Positions 20,323 through 30,819 of a DNA stretch of 64,000 bases are shown here, in pieces. The notes beneath the pieces were generated by a model. That model saw only the letters and a list, made by a program, of their open reading frames with translations, was not told the DNA's origin and ran no database searches. The position numbers and the translations under genes were made by a program. Origin of the DNA: an uncultured Candidatus Marinamargulisbacteria bacterium (lineage in GTDB: Bacteria; Margulisbacteria; Marinamargulisbacteria; SXXA01; JAHFDB01); NCBI GenBank assembly GCA_964517775.1, contig CAZFCP010000001.1, forward strand, positions 115,371 to 179,370, read 5' to 3'. Numbering within the stretch: the stretch's first letter is position 1; each line of letters opens with the position of its first letter.

Positions 20323-21591
20323 TTAGACAGACTGTCGAAAACCATCCAGAACACCCTTATAAAAATCTGCTTTTTCTGACTGAACAAAAACCTGAACAGT
20401 AGACACATTAACCGGTGAAGAGGCAACAAACGTGCCATATTTTTCAGGTTGTCGCAAAATATCAGGATACGGCATTACATCGGTTAAGGAGGAGTAAACG
20501 CCTGCCCCGGTTAAGCGTTCGATAATCTCTCTGGGACATTTATCATAGGTCAAATACTGAGATACTTTCCGTGCCGTTCTAACCATAACAGCAGGAGGCC
20601 CTTCGGAATGACTGACAGAATCAAAAATGGCACCTTTAACATCAATGGGAACCAATGCTGCCATAAACAAAACATGGGTTGGAATATGAAGCGGATTACT
20701 ACCGGAGTAGTTAGGGTGAACATAACTCAGATCTTTTGCATCGGAACAAATAAAGCGGAACTGCTGTTTATTAACCAGTCCCAAGTCATGAAGTCGGTCG
20801 ATCAGCTTTCGTGAAAGCGCCAGGGCTTCAGGATCAATATCAATCAGATTAAATGTCCAGTTGCTAGAAAACATGCTCAGTAAAAGGGTTGTCATTGGCA
20901 AGGCTCCACTGCCAGGAAAGCTGATATGAAGCGGCTGCTGCGATGAATACCCGGCTCCTATTACACTAATCATAAACCCTTCGGCAGCTACAGCGGCCTC
21001 ATAAAAATCAAGATTGGGATATGGGGATAAAAAAGCCTCTAATTTCAGAACTTTTCCAGCCCGAATACGCTCATCCTGAGTAGCATTTGTCGGCAATGTA
21101 ATGTCTCTACAGTCCAACACAGAGCCCAGGGGTTTTTGAAGGGCCGCTTCAACCACCCGTTTCTCAAAATCTCCTTCAGTGACACCTCGTAATTGCTTTA
21201 ATTCAACAGAGCGTGCCCTAAGCTGAGGATCAGTTTTAATCGCTCTGTAAACATCATAATAGTCCTCAGAATGGATTTGCCGGATTAAGAAACGAGGCTC
21301 AACAGCCAGATGCATCACATTCAAATGCTGTTCCGGGTTCGCAGGTAAACCTGTAGTTTGTGCAAATACTTTATATTTGCTTAACAACGAGGTAGGACTC
21401 TCATCAAATGTTTTCTTCAAAAAAACATCTGGGGCTAAACGCTGTTGCATTAATTTCAACCGGCTCGGGTCAGTCACCAAAGGCCTGAATCCAGGCTTAT
21501 TATATGTGCTAACAACACAGGGTATACTCTGTGCATTACTCATCTTATCTCTCCCTTTATTTATATTACGTACACAAAATCCAGAACCCAA
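20323..21591 (-). CDS. Nicotianamine synthase-like protein with an N-terminal extension
   Basis: FPGSGALPMTTLLL, LIDIDPEALA, VLFMAALVPID and VMVRTARKVSQYLTY are colinear with plant/archaeal NAS motifs (VAFVGSGPLPLTS, NYDIDxxAN, VFLAALVGMD, LMLRSAHGARAFLYP). The probable start is at the internal MSNAQS. Confidence 0.6.
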   Translation of the reverse strand: MGSGFCVRNINKGRDKMSNAQSIPCVVSTYNKPGFRPLVTDPSRLKLMQQRLAPDVFLKKTFDESPTSLLSKYKVFAQTTGLPANPEQHLNVMHLAVEPRFLIRQIHSEDYYDVYRAIKTDPQLRARSVELKQLRGVTEGDFEKRVVEAALQKPLGSVLDCRDITLPTNATQDERIRAGKVLKLEAFLSPYPNLDFYEAAVAAEGFMISVIGAGYSSQQPLHISFPGSGALPMTTLLLSMFSSNWTFNLIDIDPEALALSRKLIDRLHDLGLVNKQQFRFICSDAKDLSYVHPNYSGSNPLHIPTHVLFMAALVPIDVKGAIFDSVSHSEGPPAVMVRTARKVSQYLTYDKCPREIIERLTGAGVYSSLTDVMPYPDILRQPEKYGTFVASSPVNVSTVQVFVQSEKADFYKGVLDGFRQSV

Positions 21592-21710
21592 GTATTACCC
21601 AAACGCATACCATCCCTTTATTGGCATACAAGGAGTCTAAGGCAATTGTTAACAAAGGTCTGGCGACCACTATGTTACACACAATCGCAATTATTGTACA
21701 AAAAAATATT

Positions 21711-24700
21711 TTAACGGATAATTGTCAGTTTTCCGGTTTTCTTGGATTGACCGTCCGTAATCAGGTAAATATACACACCTGAAGCCACATCTTTTCCATA
21801 ACTGTTTTTACCATCCCATTTCCATAAACTTATACCAGGGCTAACCTCTCTTACAAGTTGACCAGAAATTGTATAGATTCTAATAACACTGCTATTGGTA
21901 ATACCGCTAAATGTAATTTGACCATCTATGGTTCCATTACTCATATCACTGTCATTTGGAACCCATGGATTTGGATACACAAGCACACTATCCAACGAGC
22001 CTACAAATCCGATGGATTGCGCTAATCCCCAAACACCGGTTTTATCGATGGTTACAACAACACGGCTATTTTCAACATCCATTGCATATTTAACAGCTGG
22101 TTTTTCCCAAACGCCTTTTGAGCTATTGAAGAACACCGGTGTTAATGTTGCTTTATCCACATCAGAAGCAGAAGCATTGAATGGAATGCCCACTTTAATA
22201 TCAAAACCTTTCAAGTCTATTTCAGTTGCGATGAGGTTATCAAAACTCTTCGCATAGATTTGATAGATACTCTTTTGTAGAGAAGCAGGCATCGTTAATG
22301 ATGGATCATCGAAGCTGAATGTAAAGGCATCCTGCTGTGTGCTGACACTTAAGCCTGTACGTGATGCGTACGCTTTTGGATCAAGCTGTTTGGAGAATAA
22401 TCCAACCATGTTTGCAGGTAATGAGTAGTAAGGTTGAAGGATGTCTCCGCCAGACTTAGGCGCAACAGCACCAAGGGATGCGATGGAAATCAGCGTTTGA
22501 CCGGACAGAGTTCTATGATCCCAGATCACACGGGTAGATTCGTTATACACGTCATCAGTTACTTTAAGGACGATATCTTTATTGGCAAGATCGAAGTTGG
22601 TGTTAAAGTATTTCCAAGTATTGTTGTTGTACGTTGCCACGTATTCGGATGCACCATTCACAAGAATTTGAACAGTAGCATTAGCTAGCTGGTTACCGTT
22701 AATATCCACACGCCATTTTCCGTTGGTAAAGGTGGCTTCACCGCTGGTAATGAGGTTAGTAGTTGGTGCTTTTGTACGTAAGGTTAAGCTGGCAGTCATG
22801 GTGCCAAGATTTTTCGCAAGGTCCCAGGCCTTTAAGGTTAGAGCATTAGACCCTTCGGACAAGGCGGCGTTATCTCCGCTAATCACGGTTTGAACGGTAG
22901 CCCCCTGAGCCACAGTTCCACCGGATGCAATGACCGTGCCACTGCTGTTAACCCATTGATAACTGGTTAAGGCTCTGGCTGGCGTCCACGACAGGGTAGC
23001 CTGAGTAATGCCCGCCCTGATAACACTGGACAGGTTGGCTATCAACGGATTGGAAGGCGAATTGACAACGGTTCGAGACTGATTCGTCAGCGTCAGACCC
23101 GGAGCCCCTCGTATAAAGTTAATATTAATGGTGACAGAGCCAGACTGGTTGCCGGATCGGTCGGTGAGGTAAATACGACCTGTTGATTTTTCAGGATAGA
23201 TGAAAGCAGAGAATACATCGGTACTGGTAAACCCAACCAGCTGAACACCGCTGTACCACACGGCTGAACCCACTTCTTTATTACCTGTAACCTGGAAGTA
23301 GTTTGCGGAAGAAATAGCCTCAAAAATACCTGTAGATAGATTACGAACCAGACCTCTCGTGTTTAACGTAGGGCTTGATGGAGGTGTCGTATCCTCAACA
23401 ATGGTAAAGGTTTGATAGTTCGATGTATTGTTGGTCTGATCTACAACAAAAATATTGTAGGTTGTTGTACCTCTTGGGTAGGTGATGCTGAAACTCCAAT
23501 CCACATTGGATGTAACTTCCGCAATTTTTGTAAACGATGTCGAAATGGTTCCGGCATTGTTATTAATGGATTCAAGATACACTTTATAACCAATGTTATA
23601 GTTGTCCCCCGTTGGTTTTGATCCATAAAGAACCCGGGTATTTCCAGCGTCTTCAACACGGTGTTTGGTAGCTTCGTTCAACTCTTTTACATAAACGATG
23701 CTGTTAAAGGTCACGATTTTAAAGGCTGTGGTATCCACGTGGAATTTGGTTATCCGTGGAAGAGGATCGCGGTAATCAAACTGAGTTGGCGAAAACTTAT
23801 TGGATGCGTAAACAGCCCAGTAGTAGTTACCATCCGGTAAACGGGTGTTGTAATTGGTAAATGTTGAAGGCTGCCAGCCGGAATCGTATACAGCAGCACT
23901 GTCGATATTGGTTGTAGGAGCAGGAGCAAACCAGCTGTCTACCAACCAGATTTTCAAACGGTGGTAGATGGTATCGCCGTCAGCATCTGTTGAGTTTCCC
24001 CAGGCCAATGATACGTTCGTTGTACTTTGCCACGCATCAAACAATGGCAGGGATGGAGAAATAAGTGTCGGACGACTGTTAACACGGAAGGACTTGGTCA
24101 GCGGCGTTCCGGTTAAATATTTATCATTCGGATACACCAACACGTTTAAAGTGGTACCTTCCACAGCCGAGCTGAGGTTGAAAACGTTATAGGTTACAGC
24201 ACTGGCAATGGTACTGGATACTGTCACCGTACGGTTATTGGTTATAGAGGTATACACATAATTATATAAAGGCGTATTTTTATAATAATTTAAGGCCGGA
24301 ATATCGTTTTTAATATACTCACTTCCCGTAACATTCAGGGCCTGATTATTCGCATAGCCAACGTCCGCATAGCCGTTTGTAAACACTCTCAACGTATCAG
24401 ACACCATCAGCTTGGTTGGGAACGGCGTCGTCGTTTGAGAACTGATGGTTGCAATACTTGGGGTATCATTCACCGCATTCAACTGAACAATAAACGATTT
24501 TGTTGAAGATTTTGGATTTGGCGTATACGGCGTAAAGTTAATATGTTCGTCTTTATCCGTTGCTAATACGGTAACATTGGCCGTGCCAAAGGCATTAGTT
24601 CTAGGTATAAACGTGATTCGCTTAGCGGCTTTATCAAACGTATAGGTAAAGAAGTTGGACGTAGAAACAGTTACGGCAACATCTATATCCGAATAAGCAT

Positions 24701-27518
24701 CCTCAGGATCAGTAATACCCAGATCCACATCCCAGTTTCCTGAATCTTCGTTTCTGACCTGTGCAGATACAGTAGCTATTTCAGGTGCATCGTTTACAGG
24801 TTTCCATACCAGTGTCACGTTAACGGTCGTTGATAATGGATTCGGAACATAAGGCACAGGATCTGCCGCAGAGAACAACAACAGCGGACGAGTATCCGTA
24901 TCCGTTAATTTCAAGGTAATGTTAGTTGTTCCATATCGGTTTGAAGACGGAATTAAGGTGATAATGTCATCAATACTTCCCTCACCTGATTTTTGAACAA
25001 TAAATGTACTGTTATAACTGGCCACACTCCATTTCAGGCTGTTGTTAAATGTTGGCATTTCATCTTCATTTTTATTATCATTTTTAAAGGCATGCAGGTT
25101 AAGTACAATTTTATTATCTTCCGTTGCCGTAAATAAGGTTGGAACGGATGACGAAATAATCGGTGGTTGGTTAACTGGCCATACTCGGATTTTAAACGAC
25201 TGAGCCGCCTTGGACAGGGCACCTTTATTATCAGAAATATTAATGGTTACAGGAAGGTTTCCATACCAGTATTGTGCAGGCTCAACCACAATGGCATGGT
25301 GACTGGCCGCATTACCCACCGTAATAGTTACATCTTTAGACTCGAATTTGCTGTGAAACTCGGAATTAAACGGAATACTGCCAACCTGATACAACGCATT
25401 GCCACTAACCGTAACAGTTAACGAAGACAGCTGGTCATCCACATCATCAATAAAATCATCGAGACGAATAGCCGCAGATTTTGTATTTTCATTAATTCTA
25501 AGGTTATACACAATGTCTCGGGTATCTGGATTTCTGTACAGGCTTCCATCCGTCACATCCGATCTAAAGAACGGCGGCTCGTTCACAGCTGTTAGATGAA
25601 CACGAATATCTTCTGTCACCGTATTTCCATCACGGTCTATCAGTGTCAGCTTAATAAATCCGGTTTCTTTCCCGTAACGGTTTCCAGGTAAAATAGGCCC
25701 GCCCAGATACTCCCCGGTATTCGCATTCGGCGACACAATATACGACAACATGTCCTGATTTTGACTGGTTTTTTGGACGTAAACATTTTTCAAAAGCTCT
25801 TCACTGGATTTATAAGGATTTTCAAGCTTGGTATAGGTAGAGGCTCTCCAGTACAAATTCTGACCAAAATCGTTCGCACTCCATTTATAAGACGTGATAT
25901 TGGTACTGGATGATATATCTTCCGTACCTCTTAGTGTATCCAGTTTGGATAAAATAGCTCCGGCATTCACAATACCCAAAACCGGAGGCGTACGATTAGG
26001 CGTTCTAGCCAGAATGGAAGTTGTTACCGTTTCATTTCCAGCCTTATCCCGAATCGTCAGACGAGAGACATACCAGGTATTATCTGTCTGATTTGGCAAA
26101 CTCACCAGCGAAGTTTCAGCCCCTTCATTTTGCGTCACCCATTTATTTTGGGCATCCAAATTTGTCCATTTAAAGGCCAGATAATTTTCAAGCTCCTGGC
26201 GTTCGGCATCAGAGACAGATCGATTAAACATTAAAACTTCGGCAATATCCCCAGTAAAAAAGTCGTCTATGGCATTAAAGGCCCCAATAAATAACGGGCT
26301 TTGGATCACACCCTCCTGCCGGGTATCGATCTGTTGAACACCCACAAACTGGCGGTTCACAAACAACTGTTCCTGAAGATCTTTCCAAACAAGAGACAGT
26401 ACATAGGGTTGATTTTGAGCAAAAGCATAGGAAAAAGATTGAGGCGCCTGCGTGCCACGTTGGGTTAAAACGGATGACAAATTCCCACCTACAGAAAGCC
26501 CCCAAAATGGCGTTCTATCCTGAGACAGTCCCACTAAAGCCGGATTAACCGAACGGGATTGAAAGCCAGGTTTAAACACAACAAATACCGAACCAGACAC
26601 CCACTGTCCCCTGGCTTTTGGAGGAACACTTAAAAACTGGCTATCACCGGTAAAACGCACCGAAGAAACCCCTTTTGACCAGGTTTCAACATCGGGCTGC
26701 TGACGGGTATCCTCCTGCACAGCATCATGGCCGTAACCACTTTTATCCATCCAGCGGCTAAGCTTGTTGTTTAAATAAACCAGACTGGTAGTATCAGCCG
26801 CATCGAGCCACAGCCTTAACCCACTAAACAGTTTCGGATTTGTTCTATTGGAATCCAGCTGAACAGAAATGGAAAGCGTGGCAGGCAGGTTATCGGAAGC
26901 ACCCCATTTATAATTCAATGATCCCAATCCAGAGTTCAGCATCTGACCTAAAGCCGTTAAATTTACTGTTGTTACCTTTGGCGCTTCGTTATCAACAAAA
27001 AAAGATTGGGTATGAAACCAGGCTCCCCAGCTTAAACCGTCAAAGGCCCGTGCATACAACTTAACCAAAGCTCCTCGAGGAATCGGGGAAATAGTATCCC
27101 ATCTCACACCCCAGCCGTCTTTGGGGTTTGTATCCACACCCAAATTTACAGTCACACCATCAATGTTGGCCCTAAATTCCATCTGAGTCACAATAATGCC
27201 GTTCTGGTTACCACCCAGATCTAACGTGCGACGGCTGTAAGGCTTAAACCCGCTTACGGAACTGATTTCCGAAGAAATATGAAGACCATGAATAATCCCG
27301 CTTGAAGGAAGATTGGCTGTTGTTACTTTTGTGGATTGGCTTTGCCCCGTAAAAATAGGCCCGACAGATTGAAACAACACAGACGTATTGGAAGAGGATA
27401 ACAACCCACCGGCGCTATAGTCGGAATTTGAGAGCTCATACTTAGACGACGATGAGGCTGCTAGCAACCTCAACGACAAAAAGCTCAAACAAAATAACGC
27501 CAAAAGTAGTTTTTTCAT
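21711..27518 (-). CDS. Giant secreted adhesin-like protein (1935 aa) with cadherin-like repeats, a LamG/ConA-like domain and a C-terminal T9SS-type sorting domain
   Basis: Signal peptide MKKLLLALFCLSFLSLRLLA. Repeated ...VN(D/E/Q)(A/T/P)P... cadherin-like boundaries (VNDAPEI, VNDTPSI, VNEPPFF, VNQPPII). A LamG-like block spans ...GHDAVQEDTRQQ...FTGDIAEVLMF. The C-terminus VYPNPW...VIRIYTISGQLVREV...WDGKN..G..VASGVYIYLITDGQSKKTGKLTIIR matches the Por_Secre_tail/FlgD-Ig-like C-terminal sorting domain. Confidence 0.7.
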   Translation of the reverse strand: MKKLLLALFCLSFLSLRLLAASSSSKYELSNSDYSAGGLLSSSNTSVLFQSVGPIFTGQSQSTKVTTANLPSSGIIHGLHISSEISSVSGFKPYSRRTLDLGGNQNGIIVTQMEFRANIDGVTVNLGVDTNPKDGWGVRWDTISPIPRGALVKLYARAFDGLSWGAWFHTQSFFVDNEAPKVTTVNLTALGQMLNSGLGSLNYKWGASDNLPATLSISVQLDSNRTNPKLFSGLRLWLDAADTTSLVYLNNKLSRWMDKSGYGHDAVQEDTRQQPDVETWSKGVSSVRFTGDSQFLSVPPKARGQWVSGSVFVVFKPGFQSRSVNPALVGLSQDRTPFWGLSVGGNLSSVLTQRGTQAPQSFSYAFAQNQPYVLSLVWKDLQEQLFVNRQFVGVQQIDTRQEGVIQSPLFIGAFNAIDDFFTGDIAEVLMFNRSVSDAERQELENYLAFKWTNLDAQNKWVTQNEGAETSLVSLPNQTDNTWYVSRLTIRDKAGNETVTTSILARTPNRTPPVLGIVNAGAILSKLDTLRGTEDISSSTNITSYKWSANDFGQNLYWRASTYTKLENPYKSSEELLKNVYVQKTSQNQDMLSYIVSPNANTGEYLGGPILPGNRYGKETGFIKLTLIDRDGNTVTEDIRVHLTAVNEPPFFRSDVTDGSLYRNPDTRDIVYNLRINENTKSAAIRLDDFIDDVDDQLSSLTVTVSGNALYQVGSIPFNSEFHSKFESKDVTITVGNAASHHAIVVEPAQYWYGNLPVTINISDNKGALSKAAQSFKIRVWPVNQPPIISSSVPTLFTATEDNKIVLNLHAFKNDNKNEDEMPTFNNSLKWSVASYNSTFIVQKSGEGSIDDIITLIPSSNRYGTTNITLKLTDTDTRPLLLFSAADPVPYVPNPLSTTVNVTLVWKPVNDAPEIATVSAQVRNEDSGNWDVDLGITDPEDAYSDIDVAVTVSTSNFFTYTFDKAAKRITFIPRTNAFGTANVTVLATDKDEHINFTPYTPNPKSSTKSFIVQLNAVNDTPSIATISSQTTTPFPTKLMVSDTLRVFTNGYADVGYANNQALNVTGSEYIKNDIPALNYYKNTPLYNYVYTSITNNRTVTVSSTIASAVTYNVFNLSSAVEGTTLNVLVYPNDKYLTGTPLTKSFRVNSRPTLISPSLPLFDAWQSTTNVSLAWGNSTDADGDTIYHRLKIWLVDSWFAPAPTTNIDSAAVYDSGWQPSTFTNYNTRLPDGNYYWAVYASNKFSPTQFDYRDPLPRITKFHVDTTAFKIVTFNSIVYVKELNEATKHRVEDAGNTRVLYGSKPTGDNYNIGYKVYLESINNNAGTISTSFTKIAEVTSNVDWSFSITYPRGTTTYNIFVVDQTNNTSNYQTFTIVEDTTPPSSPTLNTRGLVRNLSTGIFEAISSANYFQVTGNKEVGSAVWYSGVQLVGFTSTDVFSAFIYPEKSTGRIYLTDRSGNQSGSVTININFIRGAPGLTLTNQSRTVVNSPSNPLIANLSSVIRAGITQATLSWTPARALTSYQWVNSSGTVIASGGTVAQGATVQTVISGDNAALSEGSNALTLKAWDLAKNLGTMTASLTLRTKAPTTNLITSGEATFTNGKWRVDINGNQLANATVQILVNGASEYVATYNNNTWKYFNTNFDLANKDIVLKVTDDVYNESTRVIWDHRTLSGQTLISIASLGAVAPKSGGDILQPYYSLPANMVGLFSKQLDPKAYASRTGLSVSTQQDAFTFSFDDPSLTMPASLQKSIYQIYAKSFDNLIATEIDLKGFDIKVGIPFNASASDVDKATLTPVFFNSSKGVWEKPAVKYAMDVENSRVVVTIDKTGVWGLAQSIGFVGSLDSVLVYPNPWVPNDSDMSNGTIDGQITFSGITNSSVIRIYTISGQLVREVSPGISLWKWDGKNSYGKDVASGVYIYLITDGQSKKTGKLTIIR

Positions 27519-27523
27519 AAATA

Positions 27524-28447
27524 TTACAGTTTCATACCAAACCCTAATCGGTAACTTTGACCTAAATCCTTTGTTGGTTTGTACGCAAAATCAATAGAAA
27601 AGGTATCAAACTGAAAACCTAAACCCATTCCAAGATTCGCAATACCGCCGTAAGTGGTATATCCCGCTCTAAAACTAAGCGGATCGCTAAGTGCTATATC
27701 AACCCCTGCACCATAGTATACCTCATCATCCTGAGGACTAACGACATCGGCATAAAGTGTAACCGGCCGATCTAAAAACTGGGATTTGGATTGAAGTCCA
27801 GCACGGATTAAAAAAGGAAGAATGGCTGTATCTGCGATATAAACGGGTCTTGTAAGAGAGATATTGTTAACAGCAAAGCCTAAAGATAAGGATGAGTTAA
27901 GCGCATACAGCACCCCGGCATCCACACCCATGGCTGTAGCGGTATTGGAATCCAGCGTCTGACTGATATATTTAACACCCACACCAAAATCCACATCCCC
28001 TGACCGTACACCATAAGCCAGTTTTAACTGATAGCCTCTGTTTTCAAACGTTCCAATTTCACTACCGATACTTGGATCATTCGTATTGATCGTGCGGGAT
28101 TGTTTACCCAGATCAATTATCCCAGCCTCTAAACCAAAATTTCCAAACGGTGTTGGAAGCCCTGTATGAACCATCTGATAGGAAACATCCTGAATATAGC
28201 CCAACTGCTGCATATTAATTTCAGTTCGACTTAAGGTAGCAAGAGACGCAGGGTTAATGGTCATGGCAGCCAGTTCGGTTCCAGCAGTCATGGCATTACC
28301 GACAGATTCCGCTTTTACAGAAGAGCTAAGTTTGGAAAAATCCATGGCAGTGGTTCCAACATCCGAAGACGCAGAAAAGGCCACCGATTGACTTAAAATC
28401 AATAGGAGCAGTACCAAACCCAGATTAAAACGTGTAAGCACTGTCAT
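27524..28447 (-). CDS. Outer-membrane beta-barrel protein, PorQ/PorV-like (possible T9SS partner)
   Basis: Signal peptide. Alternating amphipathic beta-strand pattern. The C-terminal residue is aromatic/hydrophobic (...YRLGFGMKL). It lies immediately upstream of the giant T9SS-CTD protein with a 5-nt gap. Confidence 0.45.
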   Translation of the reverse strand: MTVLTRFNLGLVLLLLILSQSVAFSASSDVGTTAMDFSKLSSSVKAESVGNAMTAGTELAAMTINPASLATLSRTEINMQQLGYIQDVSYQMVHTGLPTPFGNFGLEAGIIDLGKQSRTINTNDPSIGSEIGTFENRGYQLKLAYGVRSGDVDFGVGVKYISQTLDSNTATAMGVDAGVLYALNSSLSLGFAVNNISLTRPVYIADTAILPFLIRAGLQSKSQFLDRPVTLYADVVSPQDDEVYYGAGVDIALSDPLSFRAGYTTYGGIANLGMGLGFQFDTFSIDFAYKPTKDLGQSYRLGFGMKL

Positions 28448-28617
28448 AATTTCCTCCCTAGTCTACCATTTCAATCATTTCCCTAAGAAGCTTTTTTTTA
28501 AACCTTTCACCCCAATAAAAAGCTATAAAATCAAACCTCAATGGAACTTTTTCGATGCCAGACCAGACTGATAATCAAACCACACTGTAAAACTATGCTA
28601 CAATGCGCTGAACATCT

Positions 28618-29343
28618 ATGTTAAAAAAACTTTGTATCACTCTCTTTCTTTTTCTTTTTATGGCCTCAGGGCTTTATGCACTGACATTTCCGAAACCTCA
28701 AGGTTACGTCACAAATACTGGCGTTTTAACAGAGGAACAGGCTCGTGGATTAGCCAGACTGTCTACGGAACTGGAGCAAAAAACAGGGATTCAATGTGCA
28801 ACAGTAATAATGGAAAGCATTGACGATACGCCCGTTGAAGATGCCGCTCAGGATTTATTTAAAAAATGGGGCATTGGAAAAAAAGGCAAGGACAACGGGG
28901 TTTTATTTTTAATTGCCTTAAAAGAAAAAAAAGCAAGAATTCATGTGGGATATGGACTTGAAGGCGATTTGCCGGACGGAAAGGTTGGGGCGATTTTAGA
29001 TAAGGACGTGCTGCCTTATTTTAAAAAAGGTGAGATTGAAAAAGGCGTTATCAGTGGACATCTGGCCCTGGTTACAACCTTAGCTAAACTGCACGGAGTA
29101 GAACTCACCGGCGTACCTAAACGGCAGGTGTCTCAAAAAAGCGATATTCCTGAGTGGGTGCAGCTGCTGATGCTGATAGCCCTGGTTCTGTTTTTATGGA
29201 AAGGAAGAGGTTGGGTGTTTCTGCCACTTATTTTCATGGCAGGAGCCGGTTTCGGCGGCCGCGGACGGGACGGAGATTCAGACGGTTTCGGCGGATTCGG
29301 GGGCGGAGACTCGGGAGGTGGTGGCGCAAGCCGGGGATGGTAG
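28618..29343 (+). CDS. TPM-domain protein (TLP18.3/Psb32/MOLO-1 family) with a C-terminal transmembrane helix and a Gly-rich tail
   Basis: After the signal peptide it reads YALTFPKPQGYVTNTGVLTEEQ. The conserved segment is ...GKDNGVLFLIALKEKKARIHVGYGLEG.... The tail is GFGGRGRDGDSDGFGGFGGGDSGGGG. Confidence 0.7.
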   Translation: MLKKLCITLFLFLFMASGLYALTFPKPQGYVTNTGVLTEEQARGLARLSTELEQKTGIQCATVIMESIDDTPVEDAAQDLFKKWGIGKKGKDNGVLFLIALKEKKARIHVGYGLEGDLPDGKVGAILDKDVLPYFKKGEIEKGVISGHLALVTTLAKLHGVELTGVPKRQVSQKSDIPEWVQLLMLIALVLFLWKGRGWVFLPLIFMAGAGFGGRGRDGDSDGFGGFGGGDSGGGGASRGW

Positions 29344-29421
29344 GGAACTTAATCCCACCGTATACTGTCACAATACAAACTAAAGATTTATTAAAGTTTA
29401 TTAAAAAACAAGGAGTTTTTC

Positions 29422-29997
29422 ATGGAAGGTTCACCAAAAAAGTCATCGCTTATTCTGGCTATCAGTGTTGGAGTTATTGTTGTTATATTGTTTGGATTTC
29501 TATCGATCCGCAACTCGTTTGTTGAAAAAGATGAAACCATCAACGCCTCTTGGGCACAGATTGAAAATCAGCTGCAACGTCGTTCTGATTTAATTCCAAA
29601 TCTGGTTAACACGGTGAAAGGTTATGCCAAACACGAAACAACCATCTTTACGAACATCGCCAACGCAAGAGCCCAGCTTGCCGGAGCAAAAACGCAATCT
29701 GAAAAAGTGGCTGCTGCACAGAATTTTGAATCAGCTTTATCCAGACTTCTTGTCGTGGTTGAGCAATATCCAAACTTAAAAGCAGATCAGCAATTTACAC
29801 GGTTAATGGATGAATTATCTGGAACAGAAAACAGAATTTCAGTTGAACGCAAAAAATATAACGAACATGTTCAGGATTACAACTTAACCATTAGACGATT
29901 CCCTTCAAATCTTGTTGCTGGCCTTCTTCATTATGAGAAAAAAGCCTATTTCAAAGTTGAAGAAAAAGCTAAAGAAACACCTAAAATAGAGTTCTAA
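29422..29997 (+). CDS. LemA family protein
   Basis: N-terminal transmembrane helix, then ...NASWAQIENQLQRRSDLIPNLVNTVKGYAKHE... It is the canonical partner of TPM-domain genes. Confidence 0.8.
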   Translation: MEGSPKKSSLILAISVGVIVVILFGFLSIRNSFVEKDETINASWAQIENQLQRRSDLIPNLVNTVKGYAKHETTIFTNIANARAQLAGAKTQSEKVAAAQNFESALSRLLVVVEQYPNLKADQQFTRLMDELSGTENRISVERKKYNEHVQDYNLTIRRFPSNLVAGLLHYEKKAYFKVEEKAKETPKIEF

Positions 29998-29999
29998 AC

Positions 30000-30815
30000 G
30001 TGACATCGGTCAAATATGGATTTATCGGCTTTGGGAATATGGCCAAAGCCATTTGGATGGGGATGGAAAACAATGGGTTCGCCTCCCCTTCCGAGGCGGC
30101 TTTCTTTACGCCGAATCCAGAGTCTCAACAACAGATTCAACAGGCGTTTCAGCTTAATTTCTTACCGCTAAACGAGCTTGTTTTATCGTCTGACATTTTA
30201 TTGTTTTGCGTTAAGCCCCAGCAACTTTCAACGGTTTTGGAACAGCTACCCCCACTTCCTGAAACAACCGTGATAGTATCCGTTCTGGCAGGCACACCGA
30301 TAGCGGCGTTTGAAGCGGTTGCGCCCCGGTGTCCGATTATCAGGGTTATGCCCAATACGCCGGCCACATATGGCGAAGGGGTATCGGCACTGTGTTATAA
30401 TCAAAACGTTAAGCCGGAACATCGGGATATGGCCGTATCGCTTTTTAGCCAATGCGGACTGACCTTATCTGTAGATGAAAGCCAGATGGATGCTGTTACA
30501 GCCATCAGTGGCAGCGGTCCGGCCTTTTTGTATCAATTATCAGACATTATGATGACCATTGCTCAGGAACACGGTATCGATTACCAAACAGCCTTAGAAA
30601 TGTCAGCACAAACGTTAATCGGCGCAGGCCACATGTTATTAAAAAGCAACAAAACAACAGAAAAATTGATCTCGGAAGTACGGTCTCCAAACGGAACAAC
30701 CGAAGCCGGGTTAAACGAATGGTCAGCACAGCAGATAGACTCTCGACTCTCTTCCGTATTCAATGCGGCCATTTCACGCTCGAAAGCTTTAGGATCTTTA
30801 CAAAAAAAGGATTAG
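30000..30815 (+). CDS. proC: Pyrroline-5-carboxylate reductase
   Basis: The Rossmann start is KYGFIGFGNMAKAIWMG. The C-terminal region is ...GSGPAFLYQLSDIMM.... Confidence 0.85.
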   Translation: MTSVKYGFIGFGNMAKAIWMGMENNGFASPSEAAFFTPNPESQQQIQQAFQLNFLPLNELVLSSDILLFCVKPQQLSTVLEQLPPLPETTVIVSVLAGTPIAAFEAVAPRCPIIRVMPNTPATYGEGVSALCYNQNVKPEHRDMAVSLFSQCGLTLSVDESQMDAVTAISGSGPAFLYQLSDIMMTIAQEHGIDYQTALEMSAQTLIGAGHMLLKSNKTTEKLISEVRSPNGTTEAGLNEWSAQQIDSRLSSVFNAAISRSKALGSLQKKD

Positions 30816-30819
30816 AATC

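Noticed and set aside
19026..21591. Treating the aminotransferase and the NAS-like gene as one operon, a nicotianamine aminotransferase-type pathway
   Set aside because: The genes are convergent, tail to tail 10 bp apart. They cannot be co-transcribed. Only a loose functional speculation remains.
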